Assembly: GCA_038901695.1 (NCBI GenBank)
Contig: JBCKPN010000001.1
Span: 1,105-65,104, forward strand
Length of the DNA stretch: 64,000 bases
Direction: 5' to 3'
Source: Usitatibacteraceae bacterium
GTDB lineage: Bacteria > Pseudomonadota > Gammaproteobacteria > Burkholderiales > Usitatibacteraceae
Part shown: piece by piece, positions 57,318 through 64,000 of the stretch
Numbering within the stretch: the stretch's first letter is position 1
Layout: every line of letters starts with the position of its first letter
Position numbers and translations under genes: made by a program
Notes under the pieces: model-generated
Databases searched by the model: none
Told to the model about the DNA's origin: nothing
What the model saw: only the letters and a program-made list of their open reading frames with translations

Positions 57318-57602
57318 GTGAGATTCGCATTAACGTTGGGGCGACGCGGATTTGGCGCTCGCATGGTGCTGGAGCATGGCATGACCACAATTGTCCCGCT
57401 AGAAAAATTTCACGTGCCGTTGGGTGGGCAGGATATTGAACTGCAGCAAATTGATTACGCGGGCGGCGGAATGAGTCTGTTGCGTATCCGAATACGCGAG
57501 GGCAGCCGGTTTACAATTTTCGACATCGACCCCGTTACGGCTGCGCAAATTGCTGGTGCCATTCAAACTTGGGCGGACGCGCAATTACGGGACGTCGTAT
57601 GA
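57318..57602 (+). CDS. small hypothetical protein, first gene of the divergent operon
   Basis: The ORF is translationally coupled to the next gene (ATGA at 57599-57602). The start is uncertain: GTG 57318, ATG 57363 or ATG 57381. I recognise no family. Confidence 0.45.
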   Translation: MRFALTLGRRGFGARMVLEHGMTTIVPLEKFHVPLGGQDIELQQIDYAGGGMSLLRIRIREGSRFTIFDIDPVTAAQIAGAIQTWADAQLRDVV

Positions 57603-58216
57603 CAGAGCCAGATCGACAATCGACGTTCGTGGACGTTTTGTTTGCGTTGGAGGGCAGCGCATTGCCGAAAGACTACCGATTTCTGCTCATGCGAGAGATT
57701 GGCCGCCACCTGCCTTGGTTCGAGTCGGATGACTCGGTCGGCATGCACCCGATTAAGGCGTCCAAAACAGATTATGGAATGGTGCTGTTGCCGCGACGCG
57801 CCAAACTGATTCTGCGTATGCCGCAGACGCGCGTCGCAGAAGTTCGCGTGTTGATTGGGGCGGTACTCGATATTGCGGGTCATACGCTGCGTGTTGGCGA
57901 GTTCACCGTGCGCCCAATTCAACCATATGGCACTCTTTATGCGTACTTTGTCGTTGACGACACCGGAGACGAGTTGGCCTTTATACGGCGCATCGAAGCG
58001 CAGCTTGATGCACTTTCGGTTCCATGCAGCGTCGTCTGCGGGCAGCACGGCGCGCTACAGGGGGACGGGCGCGAGTTGGAGGGCTACAGCCTGATGTTGC
58101 ACGGTCTTGCAGCACCACACTCGGTCAGGTTGCAGGAAACAGGTTTGGGGAGCGATCGCAATCTCGGTTGTGGCATGCTCGTACCGCATAAATCAGTGGT
58201 GGCGGTAGGGTTTTAG
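57599..58216 (+). CDS. orphan Cas6/Cmx6-like RAMP-family protein
   Basis: The C-terminal glycine-rich loop LQETGLGSDRNLGCGMLVPHKS is typical of Cas6/RAMP proteins. The N-terminus FVDVLFALEGSALPKDYRFLLMREIGRHLPWF...GMHPIK resembles the Cas6/Cmx6 (type I-MYXAN) family as I remember it. The length of 205 aa fits. Confidence 0.55.
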   Translation: MTEPDRQSTFVDVLFALEGSALPKDYRFLLMREIGRHLPWFESDDSVGMHPIKASKTDYGMVLLPRRAKLILRMPQTRVAEVRVLIGAVLDIAGHTLRVGEFTVRPIQPYGTLYAYFVVDDTGDELAFIRRIEAQLDALSVPCSVVCGQHGALQGDGRELEGYSLMLHGLAAPHSVRLQETGLGSDRNLGCGMLVPHKSVVAVGF

Positions 58217-58265
58217 CTGCTTGAGATGGGTTGGCGGCAATTTTGATCTGGAAAGGATGGGCGAA

Positions 58266-58595
58266 ATGGCTTACTTGATCGACGGCGTTGAACGTGAAAC
58301 TGATGACTTGGGATACTTGCTGGAACCAGACTACGGCGCGGATGTACCGCCGGTGATTGCCGCCGCCGAGGGCATCACCCTGACCGATGCGCACTGGGAG
58401 GTCATCAACTACTTGCGGGAGGAATTCAAAGAACATGGACACACACCCAACTTTCGTAATTTGATGAAAGGGATGGAAACAATTCGCGATGGCGTGGACA
58501 GTAAATATCTGTACAACTTGTTTCCAATGGGGCCGGCCAAACAGGCCGCCAAGGTTGCCGGACTGCCCCAGCCGCTGGGTAAGGGTGGGTACTAG
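58266..58595 (+). CDS. DsrC/TusE-family protein lacking both conserved cysteines
   Basis: MAYLIDGVERETDDLGYLLEP...HWEVINYLREEF... parallels DsrC residue by residue. The C-terminal arm is PAKQAAKVAGLPQPLGKGGY, whereas DsrC has PAKQACKIAGLPKPTGCI. Confidence 0.75.
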   Translation: MAYLIDGVERETDDLGYLLEPDYGADVPPVIAAAEGITLTDAHWEVINYLREEFKEHGHTPNFRNLMKGMETIRDGVDSKYLYNLFPMGPAKQAAKVAGLPQPLGKGGY

Positions 58596-58642
58596 CAATC
58601 ATGCGTGCGGTTTCTTGCAGGTTTAGAAGGCGGGATTGAGCA

Positions 58643-59254
58643 ATGTGTGCAATGCGATTAAAGAGTCACTGGTTCAAGGCAGACAAACCCAAGACCATGA
58701 AACAAATGGCGGGCGCGATGGCGTTTATCACCTGGAGGGTCACCGACAATGCTCTCAAGCAACTGCGGACGGCCAAGTTCGACATCGACGCTGGCCCGCA
58801 GTATTTCGCTTTCACCAGAGAATTTCTGGTGTTTCTGATCCAGATCGCGGACCGCATCGCCTATGAACGCTTGCAACCACAAGAGCGCGTCGAATTTACA
58901 ACCGAGCTGGTGATCCGGCTGTCGGAAATTTTGGAAGAAAACGAAGATCGATTGCTTGAGCCGCCGCTGAACCAAAGTTACAGAAGCCGATTCATTGACT
59001 TATTCAACGAGCTTTCGGATCATTACGCGGAATTCAAATATGTGGACAACAATCCGGACTTCGCGTTCGTGCGCTATTTGGGTAGTCGAGTCACCGAACT
59101 CATGGTGGCGAAGGATCGCACTTGGGTGATGGATCAGATCATGGCCATTGAGGCACCCGACGCGATCAAATTTCTGCAGCAGAGTATGACGGACCTGTTC
59201 CATACGGGACCGCGCGAACGCTCGAAGCGGCCGGCGCGTGCTAGCGGCGATTGA
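58643..59254 (+). CDS. hypothetical protein, 203 aa
   Basis: The ORF has ordinary, non-repetitive amino-acid composition, unlike the shadow ORFs nearby. Its stop abuts the next ATG. I recognise no family. Confidence 0.5.
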   Translation: MCAMRLKSHWFKADKPKTMKQMAGAMAFITWRVTDNALKQLRTAKFDIDAGPQYFAFTREFLVFLIQIADRIAYERLQPQERVEFTTELVIRLSEILEENEDRLLEPPLNQSYRSRFIDLFNELSDHYAEFKYVDNNPDFAFVRYLGSRVTELMVAKDRTWVMDQIMAIEAPDAIKFLQQSMTDLFHTGPRERSKRPARASGD

Positions 59255-60172
59255 ATGGCAACCGTAATGGCCACGGCGTGCACGGCAACACGACGCGATA
59301 GTCCGTTCGAGCTCGGCAATGACGATGCTTATCGACGCTGGCGTGATGAAAAGCTGCTTGACTATCCAGCGCGAGTCGACGAACTCGTGGTCGACGTTGT
59401 CGATCCGCGCGCGCTCACGTCGGCTGAAAAGGCGGCGATACTGGCGCGTGTCCGCAAGACCAATATGGCGCTATACGCAAGCAAGGTGCGTGACGCTGAC
59501 AAGAACATTTTGCGCCTGCTCGGCGGGCAATTTGGCCTTCTGCGCCTCGATCAAAACATGCTTGCCGACGACGATGGCATTACGCAAGTTAGGGTCGCCG
59601 ACGCCAATGCGGGCGCAGCGCAGCGCTATATCCCCTATACCAACCGCCCGCTCAATTGGCACACCGACGGCTACTACAATTCTCCTGCGCGACGAATCCA
59701 GGCGATGCTGTTGCACTGTGTTTGCGACAGCGTTTCCGGAGGTGAAAATGCGTTCATGGACCACGAAATTGCTTATCTATTTCTACGCGATGAAAACCCT
59801 GATTACGTGCGTGCGCTCATGCATCCGGATGCCATGACGATTCCTGCGCGCGAAGACGACGATGGCGTTGCACGTGGCGCGCAGTCTGGCCCGGTGTTTG
59901 CGATCGATCCGCATAGTGGCGCGCTGCACATGCGCTACACGGCGCGAACGCGTAGTATCGAATGGCGACAAGATGCGAGCACTCAGGCAGCAGTAGCAAC
60001 GCTCGCCCAGCTACTCAACGCCGGCTCGCCCTATATTTTCCGCATGGCATTCAAGCCGGGAATGGGTATCATAAGCAACAACGTACTGCACGATCGCACC
60101 GGTTTTTCTGATGACGTTACCCATCGTCGATTGCTCTACCGTGCCCGTTACCTTGATCGGGTGGAACCATAG
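59255..60172 (+). CDS. TauD/TfdA-family Fe(II)/2-oxoglutarate-dependent dioxygenase-like protein
   Basis: The HxD motif is present in PLNWHTDGYY and the distal His in NNVLHDRTGF. The length is 305 aa. Confidence 0.6.
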   Translation: MATVMATACTATRRDSPFELGNDDAYRRWRDEKLLDYPARVDELVVDVVDPRALTSAEKAAILARVRKTNMALYASKVRDADKNILRLLGGQFGLLRLDQNMLADDDGITQVRVADANAGAAQRYIPYTNRPLNWHTDGYYNSPARRIQAMLLHCVCDSVSGGENAFMDHEIAYLFLRDENPDYVRALMHPDAMTIPAREDDDGVARGAQSGPVFAIDPHSGALHMRYTARTRSIEWRQDASTQAAVATLAQLLNAGSPYIFRMAFKPGMGIISNNVLHDRTGFSDDVTHRRLLYRARYLDRVEP

Positions 60173-60260
60173 TGACGTCGATGGCGACGCACTTAGAGAT
60201 GAGCGATTTTCCGGTGAGCCGCAGCAGTCGCCGCGCTTGGTGCGCTATTGAAGGGTATTC

Positions 60261-61745
60261 ATGACGCAATGGCTAACATTATGGCGAGCCGCGCACTTGA
60301 TCGGGGTGTCGCGAAGTGTGCTGCAACAAAAAATCCGGGTCGGGGAGTTGCAAACGACCGAGGGGACTATTTCGACCGAGGAATTGTTAAGGGTGTACCC
60401 GCAGGTTCAGTTGGAAGAGTCGGGAGCCTTTGAGCGCGTCTCGAAAATCAAGGAACAGGCGTTCGGGCGTCGCGTGCGTGAACATGTGCTCCCCAGCCAG
60501 GAGGTATTGGCACAACGCCTGTTCGCGCAGAGCGAGGAACTGACCGACTTGCGTCGTCACTTGCAGCGTTATCACAATCTGGTGGTCGCCCTGCAATCGG
60601 GGATTCACGATGTCGCGACGGCATCGAACATAGATGCACTAAACAGTCTTGAATTATTTGCCGAGAAGGGACTTGCGGATGTACTCGCCACTGAAGCCGC
60701 CGATGTGTTGGATATCATGAACGACGCGTTAAAGGTCATGTTCGCCCAAGTGACCATCCGACCAAGCGGACGCGAGTTTACGGTCGAAGGTCACGATACA
60801 TTGCTGCAGGCGGGGTTGCGTGCAGGGCTTCGGCTCAACTACGGCTGCGGCAATGGCACGTGCGGCCTCTGCAAAGCTAGGGTGATTTCCGGTGCTGTGA
60901 CGCGGACGCAGCCGAGCGACTATCCGCTTTCAGAAGCCGAAAAATTGCAGGGCTACACGCTGTTGTGTTCGCATACGGCGGCGTCTAGCGAAGTCGTCAT
61001 CGAAACTTTGGAGGCGCGCGGCTCGCAGGACATTCCACCGCAGCAAATCGTCGCCCGCGTACGCGCTGTCACGCCGTTGGCGAAGGACACGCTATTGCTC
61101 CACTTGCAGACGCCACGGACTAATCGCCTGCGTTTTCTTGCCGGGCAAAGCGTCACACTCGGCACCGCCACCAACGGCGACGATGAGCACGCCGATTATT
61201 CAATTGCGAGTTGCCCATGCGATGACCGCAACGTGCAGTTCTACATTCCGCGAAATGCGAAAGACCTATTTGCCCAACGGCTGTTTGAAGGCGCGGTGAA
61301 AGTTGGCGATAGCGTGAGTATCTGGGGGCCGCAAGGAAACTTTATTCTTGCGGAGACTCAGCGCCCGTTGGTTTTTATCGCGTGCGACACGGGATTTGCC
61401 CCGGTAAAAAGTTTGATCGAGCATGCCATGGCGGTGGACGCGGCGGAATCGTTGTCGCTCTATTGGCTGGCTACGCGTGCTGACGGACATTTTTTGGCAA
61501 ACCAATGCCGCGCATGGGGGGAAGCGCTGGACAATTTCGACTATTCGCTGCATACCGACAGCGATGTTGCCGCCGGCGCGCGACATTTTCTGCCCGCGAT
61601 TCGGGCGGATCTTTTTGTTACCCAATGCGAATACTATCTTGCAGGCTCCGCCGAGTTTACCCAGACTATGTCTGACGAGTTGCGCATGGCAGGCGTGCCG
61701 CAGCGACAGATATTTGCGTTGGAAATGCGGGAATCACATTCATGA
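60261..61745 (+). CDS. fusion protein: N-terminal HTH + coiled region + plant-type [2Fe-2S] ferredoxin + FNR-like FAD/NAD(P) reductase
   Basis: The HTH-like start is MTQWLTLWRAAHLIGVSRSVLQQKIRVGEL. The ferredoxin motif is CGNGTCGLCKARV...LLCSH. The reductase part shows RFLAGQSV, YSIAS and LVFIACDTGFAPVKSL. Confidence 0.7.
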   Translation: MTQWLTLWRAAHLIGVSRSVLQQKIRVGELQTTEGTISTEELLRVYPQVQLEESGAFERVSKIKEQAFGRRVREHVLPSQEVLAQRLFAQSEELTDLRRHLQRYHNLVVALQSGIHDVATASNIDALNSLELFAEKGLADVLATEAADVLDIMNDALKVMFAQVTIRPSGREFTVEGHDTLLQAGLRAGLRLNYGCGNGTCGLCKARVISGAVTRTQPSDYPLSEAEKLQGYTLLCSHTAASSEVVIETLEARGSQDIPPQQIVARVRAVTPLAKDTLLLHLQTPRTNRLRFLAGQSVTLGTATNGDDEHADYSIASCPCDDRNVQFYIPRNAKDLFAQRLFEGAVKVGDSVSIWGPQGNFILAETQRPLVFIACDTGFAPVKSLIEHAMAVDAAESLSLYWLATRADGHFLANQCRAWGEALDNFDYSLHTDSDVAAGARHFLPAIRADLFVTQCEYYLAGSAEFTQTMSDELRMAGVPQRQIFALEMRESHS

Positions 61746-62104
61746 TTGCAAATCAGGAGGCGCCACAACCACCAGCATCACTGATGGCTGTAGACAGTAA
61801 TTGTGCGGGCGGTGAATCGTTTGCGCTGATGGTGTTGGGCACGAGCATGGAGCCTGAATTCGTTGAGGGTGAAGTCATCGTCATTGAGCCGGATGGCCTC
61901 GCGACGGATGGTGCCTACGTATTGGCGTTTCTCGCCGAAGAGTGGACCATGCGGCAGCTGGTGCGGCGTGGCGACTTGTGGGTATTGCATGCCTTGAACG
62001 CAGCGTTTCCGGATGTGTCGATCCCCGACCTCGCGCCCGTCAAAGGCGTCATTATTCAAAAGTCCAAACCCGGGCGACGGCGGGCTTCCAAGCGATATGT
62101 TTAG
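61742..62104 (+). CDS. stand-alone S24 (LexA/UmuD-like) peptidase domain protein
   Basis: The Ser motif is LMVLGTSMEPEF with a beta-rich S24-like fold pattern, and no DNA-binding domain. Its ATG overlaps the upstream stop (ATGA). Confidence 0.6.
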   Translation: MIANQEAPQPPASLMAVDSNCAGGESFALMVLGTSMEPEFVEGEVIVIEPDGLATDGAYVLAFLAEEWTMRQLVRRGDLWVLHALNAAFPDVSIPDLAPVKGVIIQKSKPGRRRASKRYV

Positions 62105-62245
62105 GGCACCTCTAAAAATTCAATCAAGCCGATGATGGCAAGGCGCAAAGTCGCGAAAAAGCGCCGTGTACACATAGTACATGAGCATTTTGAGCGGCTT
62201 TGCAACGCCGCCAGCGCGGCTTCAGTGAATTTTTAGAGGTGCCCT
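62103..62245. repeat. MITE-like element, copy A
   Basis: The terminal inverted repeats are agggcacctctaaaaattca ... tgaatttttagaggtgccct. The left end overlaps the stop codon of the S24 gene. Confidence 0.8.
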
Positions 62246-62330
62246 TTAGTTGGTGGGCGCGTGCGGCAAACGTCGATCGTCGGCGCGTTCATATGCAATA
62301 TCAGATCAACTTGAGATGAAAGGTTTCACC

Positions 62331-62723
62331 ATGGAAAACCGCTACGGCTTCGGCAAACGGGTGGCAATGACATTTGACGCTGCAATTGACAAGGTGACGA
62401 AGGAGCTACAAGTAGAAGGATTCGGCATCCTCACCGAAATTGATGTGGCAGCCACACTGAAAAAGAAGTTGGACCACGACATTCCCCCGTATCGAATACT
62501 GGGTGCCTGCAACCCGCCGCTCGCCAAGCGCGCGTTGACCGCTGAACCGACTGTCGGTCTGCTGTTGCCGTGCAACGTGGTTGTGAGGCAGGACGCAGCG
62601 GGAGACGTACACGTTGAATGCATGGATCCAGCCATCATGAGCGAACTATCCGCCAACGCAGATGTGGGCCAAGTGGCGGCCGAGGTGCGCGAAAAATTGG
62701 TGCGTGTAATGAACGCACTGTAG
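62331..62723 (+). CDS. DUF302 domain protein
   Basis: MENRYGFGKRV...GFGILTEIDVAATLKKKL...YRILGACNPPLA is the typical DUF302 pattern. An alternative ATG lies at 62316. Confidence 0.75.
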   Translation: MENRYGFGKRVAMTFDAAIDKVTKELQVEGFGILTEIDVAATLKKKLDHDIPPYRILGACNPPLAKRALTAEPTVGLLLPCNVVVRQDAAGDVHVECMDPAIMSELSANADVGQVAAEVREKLVRVMNAL

Positions 62724-62768
62724 GCTGGTAGCAATTCAGGAATTATCAAAATATTCAATCTGGGGTCA

Positions 62769-62996
62769 GTGTTGCCTTACTATATTTATCAAGTATTCAA
62801 GTTCAAGCGGCTCGAAAAGGTGGCCGAGTACGCATCCTTCAAGGACGCATCAGCGCAAGTGAAGGCGTTGCGTGTCGCGCCCGACCTGCCACTGGAATGC
62901 ACGGTGAAGATGATCTTCGCGGAAAGCGAATGGCAGGCCGAGGACCTGCTGTCGGAAATTCGCAAGCGCGAGCGAGGGTTGGCCGGTGACGAATGA
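62769..62996 (+). CDS. small hypothetical protein, 75 aa
   Basis: The ORF has a GTG start and no recognisable motif. Confidence 0.35.
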   Translation: MLPYYIYQVFKFKRLEKVAEYASFKDASAQVKALRVAPDLPLECTVKMIFAESEWQAEDLLSEIRKRERGLAGDE

Positions 62997-63032
62997 ACAG
63001 GGCTGCCGCCCGCCAGATCCTACAAACGACGC

Positions 63033-63479
63033 GTGAGCGGGATCCGATTTCAAACGGCTGACGGCCGCATAAACCGAATACCGTGCGTATTCGAGAAGGC
63101 CGTGTTGTCTGGTTGCGTAACCTGTGAACTTGCATTGAGCCGCACTCAGGGCGAACGCGAGTCGATGGTGTGTGATTCGCAGGTCGCGCGCAACAATTGC
63201 GCGACATTGTTTGAACTGTTGCGCGAGCGGTCGACCTTTCCGCTCAGGCTACCCATATCGGATGAACCGATCACGCACGCCATGATCATGAAATTGCAGT
63301 GTGGCGGGCTGGTCGCGCTGCAGAAATCGCTGAGCCATGATTCGTCAGATGTTCACCGTTCCGTTATCAGCGCGCAAGCCCGTTGGGGCAGCTTACTGGA
63401 GTTGCCGTGGCCTGCCATCGTGGAGGGGGTAACGGGGTGGCAAGGACGGCCGCGCCGCGCGAGGCCAAAGACACCGTAG
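63033..63479 (+). CDS. hypothetical Cys-containing protein, 148 aa
   Basis: The ORF has a GTG start and several cysteines (CVFEKAVLSGCVTC, C..C). I recognise no family. Confidence 0.35.
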   Translation: MSGIRFQTADGRINRIPCVFEKAVLSGCVTCELALSRTQGERESMVCDSQVARNNCATLFELLRERSTFPLRLPISDEPITHAMIMKLQCGGLVALQKSLSHDSSDVHRSVISAQARWGSLLELPWPAIVEGVTGWQGRPRRARPKTP

Positions 63480-63568
63480 CAAGGGAGCGCGCCCGCGCCT
63501 CCGTCAGTATTGAAAACGTCGCAATTGCCCCCATCGGATATTGGCGGCGCAAATTCCGAGCCGAATGT

Positions 63569-63759
63569 AGGGCACCTCTAAAAATTCAATCAAGTCGATG
63601 ATGGCAAGGCGCAAAGTCGTGAAGGCGTGAAGGCGTGAAGGCGTGAAGGCGCGAAGGCGCGAAGGCGCGAAAAAGCGCCGTGTACACGTAGTACATGAGC
63701 ATTTTGAGCGGCTTTGCAACGCCGCCAGCGCGGCTTCAGTGAATTTTTAGAGGTGCCCT
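63569..63759. repeat. MITE-like element, copy B (with internal microsatellite expansion)
   Basis: The termini and interior match copy A, plus 48 extra bp. Confidence 0.8.
63619..63666. repeat. 8-bp tandem repeat, six units (gtgaaggc x3, gcgaaggc x3)
   Basis: Copy A has only gtcgcgaaaaagc at the corresponding place. Confidence 0.85.
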
Positions 63760-63878
63760 GTAGTCGAAATAGTGCTGGTGGCTGACAACGCCAACACGCA
63801 TGCATGAGCCCCGGAGTCGAAAATGATCCATTGGAAAGGTAAGGCGAGATATTCGTGTTGACCGCGCCACATGCCAAA

Positions 63879-64000
63879 ATGGTAATGGTAATGGTAAATG
63901 GCCGAGAAGTCCCCACCGACTCAGAGGGCTATCTCAAAAATCTCGAGGAATGGTCGGAAGAGTTCGCGCGCGTGTTGGCAGCGCAAGAGCAACTGGAGCT
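63879..64000 (+). CDS. TusE/DsrC-family protein (5' part only, cut by window edge)
   Basis: MVMVMVNGREVPTDSEGYLKNLEEWSEEFARVLAAQEQLEL follows the family N-terminal pattern (xxGxxxxTDxEGYLxxxxxW). The C-terminal cysteines cannot be assessed. Confidence 0.65.
   Translation, partial: MVMVMVNGREVPTDSEGYLKNLEEWSEEFARVLAAQEQLE

Noticed and set aside
63619-63666. Possible CRISPR array
   Set aside because: The units are 8 bp and directly adjacent, with no spacers. This is a microsatellite inside a MITE. No repeat-spacer architecture was seen anywhere in the window.
63879-63896. (ATGGTA)x3 at the start of the TusE/DsrC-family gene as a phase-variation tract
   Set aside because: It is an in-frame hexamer, so unit changes would only add or remove Met-Val. 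Three units is too short to argue for slippage.

Overview
This 64-kb window looks like a chromosomal segment from a chemolithotrophic sulfur-oxidising proteobacterium. The gene order looks betaproteobacterial, but the taxon is inference only.

Zone 1 (1-19.9 kb) is ordinary housekeeping. It holds dsbA, a SPOR protein, argS, priA, hemE and gltDB. It also holds a small envelope block: two Thr/Gly-rich lipoproteins flanking a WecA-like GT4 transferase and a CapD-like dehydratase. It ends at tRNA-Arg(CCG).

Zone 2 (20-42.9 kb) is a patchy, scarred sulfur-accessory region.
- Coding content: an ankyrin protein, two tandem SulP/STAS transporters, sat, and a periplasmic rhodanese. There is also an oversized YeiH-type exporter, a USP, aprM-aprB-aprA with two trailing genes, and a GAF histidine kinase/NarL pair.
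- Decay and mobility: a truncated helicase gene and a frameshifted IS with perfect 25-bp terminal repeats. A solo end of the same IS family lies next to sat. A MITE-like family is present. A decaying tandem paralog series follows. A roughly 318-bp inverted repeat carries a duplicated 52-aa ORF and brackets the sat-to-hdrB-like segment.

Zone 3 (42.9-57 kb) is cysG plus a complete oxidative-type dsr cluster, dsrABEFHCMKLJOPNR.

Zone 4 (57.3-64 kb) holds the most unusual content. A tightly coupled seven-gene operon runs divergently from dsrA. It encodes a small protein, an orphan Cas6/Cmx6-like RAMP protein and a DsrC/TusE paralog lacking both redox cysteines. The remaining four products are an unknown 203-aa protein, a TauD-type dioxygenase, an HTH-[2Fe-2S]-FNR fusion and a stand-alone S24 peptidase domain. 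A MITE-bracketed block (DUF302 plus two unknowns) and another TusE/DsrC-family gene cut by the window edge follow it.

I found no rRNA, no CRISPR array and no integrase. All family assignments rest on motifs I can read in the translations and on remembered family signatures. No searches were run.
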